64,000 nucleotides of DNA from Cirrosporium novae-zelandiae (Eukaryota), in NCBI GenBank assembly GCA_026023565.1, contig JAPETS010000024.1, positions 124,001 through 188,000 on the forward strand, written 5' to 3'. The translations under genes and the position numbers were made by a program. The notes under the pieces were generated by a model that was not told where the DNA came from, ran no database searches, and saw only the letters and a list, made by a program, of their open reading frames with translations. This document shows, one piece after another, positions 23,549 to 34,569 of the stretch. The first letter of the stretch is position 1. Each line of letters starts with the position of its first letter.

Positions 23549-25393
23549 ATGTTTCCTAATATGCTTACGAATAACTCCCTCTCCGACGACGACAAGGTAG
23601 AAGTAGCTGGGACTATTCCTAGTGAATGTGCTATGAAAGCGCCTGCTGATTTACCTGAGATTAACGATGGGCAAGAATCTACAAATAATAATATAAGGAA
23701 TGGACAGGAAAATATCAGTGGCAATGGAGAAAGATACCACAGCAGTGGTCACTGGTCATCTACTACCTCTCGCCAAGAAGAAATTGTAGATGCTGAAGCC
23801 GCAGAAGATCTAAATCTAGAACCCATTACCACCGTATCGACGAGAACACCTATATACTCTATCTTCACAAAAAATCAGAAACGCTTGGTTGTCGTGATGA
23901 CAGCCATGGGCAGCTTCTTCTCCCCATTGACAGCCAACATATACTTCCCTGCCCTCGAAACGCTTGCAACTGATCTCTCCGTTTCCTCCTCCTCCATCAA
24001 CCTTACCATTACGTCGTACATGATTTTCCAAGGCATAGCACCAACGTTCTTCGGTGATCTGGCAGATATGGCAGGGCGTCGACCAGCATACGGCATTGGC
24101 TTTATTGTTTATATAGCAGCGAATATCGGTCTAGCTTTACAAAACAACTTTGCAGCACTTCTCGTTCTACGTATGTTACAAAGCACAGGAAGTAGTGGTA
24201 ACATTGCTCTTGGAAATGGTATTGTTGGTGATATTGCAACTAGCGCGGAAAGAGGAACCTATATGAGTTTTGTCTCTGCTGGAGCTATGATCGGGCCTGC
24301 TCTTTCTCCTATCGTCGGTGGTCTTCTCTCCCAATATCTCGGGTGGAGGGCCATCTTCTGGTTTCTTACGATTCTTTCAGCCGCCTATCTCATTCCCTTC
24401 TTGATAATTTTCCCCGAAACCGGTCGAAATGTGGTTGGAAATGGGTCGATCCCTCCACCGAAATGGGATATGTCTCTCCTGTCATATCTCCAAACTCGAA
24501 AAAATCCCCCGGAAGTGACTGCCCAGGCTGGTACGCGCCGCAAGCTACGTTTCCCAAACCCCTTAGCTTCAATTCATATTCTGTTGGAGAAGGATGTTGG
24601 CCTTTTCCTTCTCTATAATGGGATTGTGTTCACCTCATTTTATTGTGTTACGGCTACGATCCCATCACAGTTCAAGAAAATATATGGATTCAACGATCTC
24701 CACATTGGATTGTCCTTTATCCCTTTTGGGGTGGGCTGCTGTGCTTCTGCACTGACGGTTGGTCACCTACAAGATAGAAATTACAAGCGTATAGCCAAGA
24801 AGATGGGATTCACCATTGATCGCAGGCGTGGCGATGATCTACGAAATTTTCCCATTGAACGTGCCCGCATAGAAGTCGCTTTACCATTGCTTTATGTCGG
24901 AACAACCAGCGTACTCTGCTTTGGCTGGTCACTTTATGCCGAAGCCCATCTAGCTGTACCCCTCGCTATCACTGCCATAGGGGGTTATTGTTTAACGGGA
25001 ACATCTAATTGTATGAATACCCTTCTCATCGACTTGTATCCCATGTCGCCAGCTACTGCCACTGCTGCCAATAACTTGGTGAGATGCCTCTTAGGGGCAG
25101 TTGGTACAGCAGTGATTGTGGATATTGTCAATGCAATTGGGAACGGATGGGCCTTTACAATTGTTTCGGGCATTGTTTTCGCGACGAGTCCGATGCTATG
25201 GGCCGAGATGTACCGGGGGTCAAAATGGAGGGAAGAGAGGAGAGTTCGAATCGGGAAAATGAAGGAAAGGGAAGCAATGGAATCGACGGAAAGTTTTCAA
25301 ACCGAGGATGACGAGGAAGGCGAGGTTACGACGGTTGAAGCTCGGCTTGGGCAAGCGAATTCGGGCACCCAAGAGAAATCTGGGTTACCTTGA
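23549..25393 (+). CDS. MFS drug:H+ antiporter (DHA1, Qdr-like); start codon uncertain
   Basis: FFSPLTANIYFPAL, GDLADMAGRRPAY, LRMLQSTGSS, ERG, GWRAIFWFL, FPETGRNVVGNGS and AANNLVRC motifs, with about 12 hydrophobic segments. Confidence 0.9.
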   Translation: MFPNMLTNNSLSDDDKVEVAGTIPSECAMKAPADLPEINDGQESTNNNIRNGQENISGNGERYHSSGHWSSTTSRQEEIVDAEAAEDLNLEPITTVSTRTPIYSIFTKNQKRLVVVMTAMGSFFSPLTANIYFPALETLATDLSVSSSSINLTITSYMIFQGIAPTFFGDLADMAGRRPAYGIGFIVYIAANIGLALQNNFAALLVLRMLQSTGSSGNIALGNGIVGDIATSAERGTYMSFVSAGAMIGPALSPIVGGLLSQYLGWRAIFWFLTILSAAYLIPFLIIFPETGRNVVGNGSIPPPKWDMSLLSYLQTRKNPPEVTAQAGTRRKLRFPNPLASIHILLEKDVGLFLLYNGIVFTSFYCVTATIPSQFKKIYGFNDLHIGLSFIPFGVGCCASALTVGHLQDRNYKRIAKKMGFTIDRRRGDDLRNFPIERARIEVALPLLYVGTTSVLCFGWSLYAEAHLAVPLAITAIGGYCLTGTSNCMNTLLIDLYPMSPATATAANNLVRCLLGAVGTAVIVDIVNAIGNGWAFTIVSGIVFATSPMLWAEMYRGSKWREERRVRIGKMKEREAMESTESFQTEDDEEGEVTTVEARLGQANSGTQEKSGLP

Positions 25394-25662
25394 GTTAGTA
25401 TATGAATATCTACATGCGCTAGTTGTTCTTCATGATTGACGAGATGACGTTTTGTGTTATCGGATCCTGGATAAATTTTAGATATATACGCAGACATGTA
25501 TATAGATACCGTAGGTATAATATTTGTATTCGATAGTAGACCTATAAACAATCTACTTTTCGGAAATTTTCGTATATGCCAAATACAAACACGAGTTTCA
25601 ATGCGGGGCTGGAATAATTCTCTAACCTCCTTTTATTTGGGCTTCTCAATGTAAAGCTCACT

Positions 25663-25697
25663 GTTTCGTGTTTCGTGTTTCGTGTTTCGTGTTTCGT
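25663..25697. repeat. Heptamer tandem repeat (GTTTCGT)x5
   Basis: Five perfect units between the convergent MFS and EMC4 3' ends. Confidence 0.9.
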
Positions 25698-25767
25698 GGA
25701 AGAACATATTCATGGTGTTGAAGTCCTTCAGGTTCGATTTCATTAAATAACGTGATACCGTCATTGA

Positions 25768-26451
25768 TTATCTAAACGCATAATAGGCATGTTCTAAAGG
25801 CTGTCTCTCCGTCTCCCAGGCCAACCAATCCGATCTTGTTGTCCTATAGTTCTCATTAGTTATCAACTTTAATCGCCGATTATCTTCAACTCCACTTACG
25901 GTAATAATCCCATGCCGTTGACCTTCCATAGACCCAATCCCAACGCAAGCAACTGCATAAGCACATAAACTGCCTTTATCTGTAACAATTTCCCTCTCGT
26001 CCCATCTGTCTCAAACTTCGAAAACACCTGATTGGTATTTATCAGGCCTTGGATGGGATTTTTGAACAGCATAAACACCATCATAATACTGAAGATTTGT
26101 AGGCCATTTCCGGACATGTACATCATGATACCATTCATAGGTAGCTGCTTGGCGGGAGCAATGGCGAGTTCCCATGACTTTTTGAGTTTAAGGGTGTCGG
26201 TTTCTTCCGCGGATGCTTGAGTATGGGCTACTTGATCTTTTGAGGCCTTGATGGATTTCTGGGGGAAGACTTCAGTCTCTCGTTGTCAAACAGGCTTAGC
26301 AGGAATGGAAATGTACCTTTCCCTTGGAGGAAGAGAATCCCGGAGGGTCAGGTATACTCGACGCCGCTTTCGTCTTGGTGGGAGGTGGGGAGTTTAGGTC
26401 TATGACCCATTGTGGGGGGGGCGGAGGAAGAGGGTCCTTCTGCGACGACAT
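25768..26451 (-). CDS. EMC4: ER membrane protein complex subunit 4, 3 exons
   Basis: MSSQKDPLPPPPPQWVIDL...IPDPPGF / ETDTLKLKKSWELAIAPAKQLPMNGIMMYMSGNGLQIFSIMMV...GLWKVNGMGLLP / TTRSDWLAWE...FR*. Confidence 0.93.
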
Positions 26452-26888
26452 GGTGGATCTGGGGAATATGAAGAGAATTAAGAGAATTAAGAGGCTCAGA
26501 AAGGTGAGAAAGTGATTCCAGTTGTCCAGGTCAGATATCAAAATAGTAATTCCGTCACCAGAGTTTCGCTGACAAGCGGAGTGTAAATTACTAAGCTAAC
26601 GAATCGGAAATTCCCCTATTTACGACCGTCTAACCTTTTTGGGAAACTTTGAAGTGCGAACATCCAGCTCGACATCTTACTCTCAAAAACCCGAGTTTAT
26701 TGATATTCACATCATTTTTTTAATGAAAAAACTTTGTATCTAGAAAACAAGATATCTGTTGAGAAAGAGTGACGCTTTTACTTACCAGGGGAAGGAAAGT
26801 GACAGGTGATTGTCTGACTTGGGCTGCAAGCCCCTCCTTAACTGGCCATCGCCATTGGTTTGGTTGTTGGTAATCCTGGGACGACAAG

Positions 26889-29454
26889 ATGGCTACTGGA
26901 GGTGATGCCAAATTATTTGCGAGAGTAAGTGCGAATCTACATCTGATCTTTTCTTGTTTTAGGAATTTCTGTTTCTTTTTGAATAAGTTGAATACTCTTG
27001 CAACCCTTTGTACCCTTCCGCCCTTTCCCAATAATCTTCCATATCCTTACATTTCTTTCAGCCCTATCGTCACCCTGTCTTTTTGTATTTCTATTTTAAC
27101 ATCATCGCTACTTTGCATCCCAACACCCCCCAGTGTACTCCATGCTCCTCTATGTTCAGAATGATTGGAGCAATCCCACCCTATCCAACTCGTAACTCAC
27201 TGTATTCTCGACAGGGCAAAGTGGCTGAGCTCCGCCTGGAGCTGAATAGTGGCGGGAAAAAAGACAAGAATCATTCCGCCAAGAAGATTGCCCTAAAGAA
27301 GATTGTTGCAAACATGACTATGAGCAACAATGATATGGTAGCATTATTCCCCGATGTTATTGGATGTATGAGTATTCCAAGCTTGGAAGTTAAAAAGATG
27401 TAAGTCAAGTATCCATATGCATCTGATAGCGCACTTTTGTTGATCATACATGCAGGTGCTTCCTTTTTCTGGTAAATTATGCGAGAATGAAACCGGAGGT
27501 AGCCCTAAAGGCTCTTCCAACCCTAGTTAATGTATATCCAGAGTCCCCGATAACGCTGTGCTTGATTCGATATCTAACCTCTGCCAGGACATGGATGATT
27601 CAAATCCTCTAGTCCGAGCTCTTGCTCTCCGAACAATCTCATACATTCACGTTCGTGAATTCGTCGAAGCAGCTATTCAACCGGTTAAATCCCTCCTGAA
27701 GGATCCTGATCCTTATGTGCGGAAGACAGCTGCTTTTTGTGTAGCCAAACTTTATGATCATGATAGGATACTTGTAGAACGCTCCGATCTCATTGATAGG
27801 TTAAACTCCACCCTACGCGACCCGAATCCTACTGTAGTATCTAGTGGACTTGCAGCGCTCATGGATATCTGGGAAAGGAGTGATACTATCAAATTGACGA
27901 TTGATTATCAGAGTGCATCAAGTATGGTTCAAATACTACCGGACTGCTCTGAGTATGTCGATCCAACTTCTCGTCCATCATTTAAAGTACTAACCTCTAG
28001 ATAGATGGGGTCAAACATACATTTTGGAAGCGATGATGTCTTATGTCCCTCAAGACACCGGGGAAGCTCTTCTTCTTGCTGAGCGTATATCTCCTCGGCT
28101 ATCACACTCCAATTCTGCTGTCGTATTGACCTGTATACGTGTGATCCTGTATCTCATGAATTATATTGCTGATGAGAAGCAAATCACATCTCTTTGCAAG
28201 AAGCTCTCTCCTCCGCTTGTGACATTGCTGTCAAAAGGATTTGAAGTTCAGTACCTGGCCCTGAGGAATGCGTTACTGATCCTGCAGCGGAGACCTGAAG
28301 TGTTACGCAACGATATCCGCGTATTTTTCTGCAAATACAATGACCCCATATATGTCAAAGTGACAAAATTGGAATTAATATTCATGCTGGCCACAAAGGA
28401 AAATATCAATGAAGTCCTCACAGAACTTCGAGAGTATTCTACCGAGATCGATGTTCACTTCGTCCGCAAATCCGTTCGTGCAATTGGTAAACTCGCCATC
28501 AAAATTACTCCTGCAGCAACTTCATGCATCAATCTTCTTCTCGACCTAGTCTCCACTCAGATCACATATATTGTCCAAGAAGCTGTTGTCGTCATTCGCA
28601 ACATTTTCCGAAAATATCCGAATCGCTATGAGTCTATCCTACCTACTCTAACAAAACACATCGACGTGCTTGACGAGCCTGAAGCTAAGGCGGCTATGAT
28701 CTGGATTATAGGACAATATGCTGACAGAATCGAAAATGCCACAAGTTTGCTTGAAGATTTTCTGTTCAGTTTCCAAGAAGAATCCACAGAGGTACAACTG
28801 GCACTTCTGACCGCAACCGTCAAGCTCTTCCTCCTACGGCCTACCAATTCCCACGCCCAAGCTCTTGTCCCTAAAGTCCTCACCTGGTCCACAGCCGAAA
28901 CCGACAACCCTGATCTTCGTGACCGTGGCTATATGTACTGGCGACTACTCTCCTCTGCTCCAACCCTTGCCAAGGATGTTGTTATTGGTGAAAAGCCAGC
29001 TATCAATGCAGAAGCTGAAAAGCTAGACCCGGCAACGTTAGAAGAGCTTTGCTTGGTAGTAGGAAGCTTAGCAACAGTGTACTTGAAGCCTGTTGCAAGC
29101 GTATTTAGGAACGCGAGGGTGAGGAGGCTAGTGGATAGTCCAGCACTGCAGAAACAAAGGTTAATGGTCAGTCACGATACACTGCCCAGCATGAAACCCT
29201 ACTTGGTGGCGGGTGCCAGTACAACTCCCACGAACGGCAATGGGTCTCCTGCCTCAGGTCTTGCAGCGGCTGTTGACGCCGCGGATGAGTACTTCTCGCG
29301 TGTTGGTAGTGGCAATTACAGCGATGGGGGTGGAGCATTGGAATCTCCAGGGATGAATGGTGGGGAAGGGTTTATTGTTAGTGCTAATGGACAAGCTCCA
29401 CAGCATGTGGGTGGAGCTGGGATTCAAGCGCAAGGAGATCTATTGAGCTTTTAA
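26889..29454 (+). CDS. APL1: AP-2 adaptor complex beta subunit, 5 exons
   Basis: MATGGDAKLFAR|GKVAELRLELNSGGKKDKNHSAKKIALKKIVANMTM, D.NPLVRALALRT, DPDPYVRKTAA, FFCKYNDPIYVKVTKLE and DNPDLRDRGYMYWRLL adaptin-N motifs. The N-terminus matches the fungal AP-2 beta type rather than AP-1 beta. Confidence 0.88.
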
Positions 29455-30035
29455 GTGCATCATAAAGCGGGATTAAAGTATATTATGGATATTGAAGAAG
29501 CGTTGATTCGGTTGGAGAAATATGTATTGCTTAAGAGGGAAGATTGGGAGCATGGTTTAATTTGTTTCTAGGAATATGTCTACATTGTAATTCAGGTTTA
29601 CGCGATTAGCTTGTACAAATTTTAAAATGAAAGCTATTAGCTTTTCTCCTCCTCATAATACAAAATATGTTATACAGGATGTTTCTAGTTAGTTGATTAG
29701 TATCCGGTTGATAGAAATGGTACGTCAAGCAAATAGGCAGAATGCCGGATGTTCAAGTCGGCGAGCATATAATAAAATCACCAACTAAAATTTAACTTGG
29801 AAAATACCAAGTACGATAAACGATATGAAACAAACCTATTTTGTGTAGATGGTGATGGATTCATGCCATGATAAAATTGGTCGATTCATAGTTGTTGGTA
29901 GATGACGGAAGTCCTTTTGGCCACGCAGCTTCAAATGTGGTTGGATAGCGATGCTATGTTCGGTAGCAGTGAAACAATTATTGCAGCCTTTTTCATACCA
30001 ACATAAATCATAAATCTCTTTGCAATGAAAGAACG

Positions 30036-31261
30036 ATGACCGATATATCTCCTCTACTAAACAGTCTACTCAAGGAGCATCGCGCTCCTTTGATCGCCGC
30101 TTCCTGGGGCCAATCAAGCGTCGCAGATGAATTCTTAAAGGAAGCGTATCGGATTGTAAGAGACCCATGAACCAGATTTATCCCTTTTCAGTCCTAATCT
30201 AATAGCTTTTTATAGACTTCACATATATCCTCGCTAGTGTCATATCTAAGGTCCGTTCGGCAAGCTTACCTATCCACATCTCCACCTCCACGCCGAACTC
30301 ATTACTCCCAAACCGAAGGCCCTCTTATTCACCAAGAACGCCGAGACCGTACGTACTTAACCGATAAACAGAGAGACCAAATCGATGCCGAATCTAAACG
30401 ACTGATTGGGGAGCTTAACGCTGCTATACGGAATCTATCAGCTGCTGAACAGCTGCATCAGAGTACGGAAGATGCAAAGTTTCAGAAAAAATATGGCCGA
30501 AGGGGTCTTGGAGCGTTTGGAAGATGGGCAGCGGGTGGGACTTCACATCCTAAGAGTCAAGCGGAGGAGATAGAGGAGGCTAGATTAAAGGCGAACAAAG
30601 CACACAGAGACAGTGTTCTATGGTATTTACAACGTAAACTAGAGGAATGTCTCGAGGTGCAAAAGTCTATGATGGAAACACGGATTAAAAGGGAATTGGA
30701 GAAGAACAAAAGCGTGCTGTACAAGAGTCGAGGGGTCATTTCACAAAGCGCTGCATTCGGCGAGAGCTCGCTGCCACCTACTACGGCCGCACCTCAGGGA
30801 AGTAGCTGGAGCTCCCCGGGGAATCAAGCATTGCAGGCTGAGGAGGACGAAAAAAAGGCGATCGAACAGCAGCTGGACCCGGAGCAGTTGCAGCTATTTG
30901 CCAAAGAAAACCAGGACTTGCTGAAACACTATGAAGATACTCTGGACAAAGTTCGGTACGTCGTTCTTCTAGGTTTATATTTATATATATTCTGGGATCA
31001 ATCGCTGACAATATCTACAGAGTGGCTGAGAAATCTTTGCTGGAGATTTCAGATCTTCATTCCACGCTCGCTACGAACTTGGATGCGCAGTCTACGCAAA
31101 TAGACCAACTTGTGACAGACTCTGTGAATATTACGGAGAATGTCGGAAAGGCCAATATGGAAATGAAAAAGGCATCAGAGCGGAAGAGTACAGCTAAAAC
31201 AGTGTTCTACGCATCATCTGGGTTGTGTCTATTCTTGATTGTATGGGACTTGATCATTTGA
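30036..31261 (+). CDS. UFE1: ER Qa-SNARE syntaxin-18/Ufe1, 3 exons
   Basis: MTDISPLL...ADEFLKEAYRI N-terminal motif, LTDKQRDQID, SNARE helix EKSLLEISDLHSTLATNLDAQSTQIDQLV, and C-terminal transmembrane anchor. Confidence 0.9.
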
Positions 31262-31692
31262 TATACCCTTTATATTTATATATTATAATCACTGCTTTTC
31301 CAAAGCAAGATGATTTGCTTTGCGCATCCGTAAAGCTGGATCTATAAGGCTAATGTGCGAACGGACTTGGGTTTCCATTCTGGTACCTTTAACTGGGATA
31401 AATGACAGCGGCAGGGTGGATCAGGGTCAAAAGGCCGGAGATCGACGTCAACGATCATGAGCAACCGAGGTTTTTAACGAAAACTAATCTGGAGAAAAGG
31501 TATCGTGGCCCGTAGTTATCCTTGACTCAGAGACTTAACTCTCAATATTTTTGATTCAGAAGAATATAAAACGAGAAAATCAATTGCAGAAATTACCATT
31601 GTCATATAAAATTAAAGCTCACGGATAGAAGGAAGTATATCCCCTTGGTCCTGCGTAGCTGCATCCAAATACGACCACCAACTGCGCCAGGC

Positions 31693-33377
31693 ATGTCTCG
31701 AGTGACCGCTACACCAAATCCCGCATCCTCCTCCTCTTCTTCTTCTTCAAGTCCATCCTCCTCGTCAGCACAAAATCCCTCCTCATCTACCCAAACCAAT
31801 CCTTCTACACGTCTTGCAGCAATATCAGGACATCTCAACATGGGTTCCGTCACTGCTTCCAGCTTCCCTTCCAATGTTGTTCCTCAGGCACCTGAAGACC
31901 CTCTCTTCGGTCTGATGGCAGCTTACCGCAAGGACACCAATGAGAAAAAGGTTGATTTAGGCATTGGTGCCTACAGAGATAACAATGCCAAACCCTGGGT
32001 ACTTCCAGTTGTAAAGAAGGTCAGTATTCAACACATTTCTCTCGAGAAAAGTAATGGCGGGGCCCCGCAAATGTTTGATTAGACCCTCATTTTACTGATA
32101 ACGTTGCGGTTAGGCCGATGAAATTCTACGAAACGACCCCAATCTGAACCATGAATACCTTCCCATCGCGGGTCTTGCAGACTTCACATCTGCGGCACAG
32201 AAACTGATTCTGGGAGCTTCAAGTCCGGCTATTGCAGAGAAGCGGGTATGTCCCCAATCGTTCATAGATGGCTCTCCACAGTGGCGGTGAGACTAACGCC
32301 AACCGCCCCCACCAGGTCGTAACTCTACAATCCATCTCGGGAACAGGAGCGGTGCATCTGGGTGCTCTCTTCCTTGCCAAATTCTATCCACGACCATCTG
32401 ACCAACCCGTCTACTTTTCCAACCCAACTTGGGCCAACCACAACCAAATCTTCAGCAATGTCCACCTCCCAATCAAGACATACCCGTACTTCTCCCCGCA
32501 AACCCGCGGCCTTGACTTCGATGGCATGCTCAGTACTATCTCCTCGGCGCCCGAAGGCAGCATCATCCTCCTGCACGCCTGCGCCCACAACCCCACCGGC
32601 GTGGACCCGACCCGCGACCAATGGAAACAAATTGCCCGCGTAGTTCGCCAACGAAAGCACTTCCCATTCTTCGACTGCGCCTACCAGGGCTTCGCCTCAG
32701 GGGACCTCGAAAACGACGCCTGGGCAATCCGCTACTTCGTCTCGGAAGGCTTCGAGCTCTGCGTCGCCCAGAGCTTCGCCAAGAACTTCGGCCTCTACGG
32801 CGAGCGCGCCGGCGCCTTCCACTTCGTCACCTCCCCCGCCCCCGACGCCCAAAACACCATCGCCCGCATCGCCAGTCAGCTTGCAATCCTGTCTCGGTCT
32901 GAAATCAGCAACCCGCCTGCGTACGGAGCCCGCATCGCCAGCACGGTTCTAAACGATGAGAAATTGTTCAAGGAGTGGCAGGAGAACCTGAAGCTGATGA
33001 GTGGGAGGATCATCAGCATGCGTGAGGCGTTGAGGAAGAAGCTGGAGGAGCTGGGTACCCCTGGCTCCTGGAAGCATATCACGGAGCAGATTGGCATGTT
33101 CAGCTATACGGGCCTTAATGAGGCGCAGGTTGCTAAGCTGCGAGAAGACGCTCACGTGTATATGGTAAGTCGAATCAAATATACCTCTTCTTACTTCCCC
33201 TCCATCCCCCCCTCTACCTCCCAAAATACACACACCCATCTCAATATACCAAACTCCTACTAACACTCCCCCCTCCAGACCAAAAACGGAAGAATTTCCA
33301 TGGCCGGCCTAAACACAAACAATGTAGAATACTTTGCCAAAGCCGTGGATAAAGTTGTTAGAGAAACACAGCAGTAG
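31693..33377 (+). CDS. AAT2: Aspartate aminotransferase (cytosolic type) with N-terminal extension containing a PTS2; 4 exons; second in-frame ATG at 31840
   Basis: PQAPEDPLFGL, KVDLGIGAYRD, HEYLPIAG, QSISGTGA, HACAHNPTGVDP, FFDCAYQGFASG, QSFAKNFGLYGERAG (PLP lysine) and GRISMAGLN motifs. Confidence 0.95.
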
Positions 33378-34569
33378 AATATATAGAAAGAAAGAAAAGA
33401 AGAAGAAGAAAAAACATAGGTTTTTTCTTTTCTTTTTCTTCCTCTTGACCGCACAAGTATTATACAAAATACAAGCACAAAATATAACATACAACATATA
33501 ACTAGTACAGCCAGTATACGTACTGACGAGCTTTTTCTCATTTTACTCACTTTGGATCCTGACTATCCCTCCCTCCCTCTCTTCTTTCCTCCTTTTTTTT
33601 CCCTTTCTCACTCCTTTTTCCTCCCTCTCCTTCCCTCCTTCCTTACTCCCCCCCTATTTTGCGTAGCATAAATACACACACACACCTATAATATATCTCT
33701 CCAAATACAAACACTTTCTCTTCCCCTCACCAAAAAAAAAAAAAGAAAAAAAATCAAATATACTTCCTACAACCATGCCCATACCCAACTAACAGCTAAT
33801 ACCTTAAGTAGCTAGCCTTCCAACTCCTCCACTTCTACCATCCCATCATCCCTACATCAAACAATCCCATCTTCCCTCTAAAAAAAATTTATTTTCTATT
33901 TTGTGGCGTTTTTTTTTTGAGTGTGGTAGAGACCGTCGAACTATATCGGTTGCGAACACGCCATGCCACGCGATTCCAGATTAGTGTTTGCTAGGGTTTT
34001 GTTGGGGGAGAGGTAGGGGGATGCTTGCTTGCTTGCTTGGTTCTTTTGACCGCTATGGAGTAGAATAGAACTATAAGGTGGTAGTAAAGTAGAGTGATAG
34101 GGCGGAATGATGAGAGGAGAACGGGGATGTAAAAATCCGATACTGGTATCGTTATTGGTATTGGTATTTATTCGTGTATATATTAATAATGACAATAAAA
34201 ATATATAAATATGTAAATAAATAAAATATGTGCAAACCAGTCAGTCATTCTTCACAATCTACAAGTAGAAAAGTAAAAAAAGACTTGAACCCCCCCCTTT
34301 TCTTCCTTCCTTCCTTTTTCCATTGCTTTTTCTTCTTCGATCTCTCTTCCAATCTCAGTGTCTAGAACCCCCAATGAATGAATGAATGTCATGTCACATC
34401 CGTGTGTCCAACAACAAGTATCCTCCAGTGTTTTCTCCATGCCATGCCATAATGCCATAATGCCATATGCCGTTGATGAATAAAAAAAGGATAGTTCCAC
34501 CAAAACCCCATACATGAAAAAAGGAATATTATATATCCAACATCACATATCCAGCACATGATTAGTTAG

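Noticed and set aside
26925..27214. Long first intron of AP-2 beta (and the ~309-nt TDA10 intron) as possible snoRNA hosts
   Set aside because: No convincing RUGAUGA/CUGA box pair with a terminal stem, and no H/ACA structure, that I could identify.
29150..29454. AP-2 beta lacks a C-terminal appendage/clathrin-binding domain
   Set aside because: Established normal state for Dikarya AP-2 beta, not a truncation.
33375..33386. Possible stop-codon readthrough giving a cryptic PTS1 on the aminotransferase (TDA10 and the 2OG oxygenase also checked)
   Set aside because: No TGA-CTA readthrough context and no in-frame SKL-like tripeptide after the stops.
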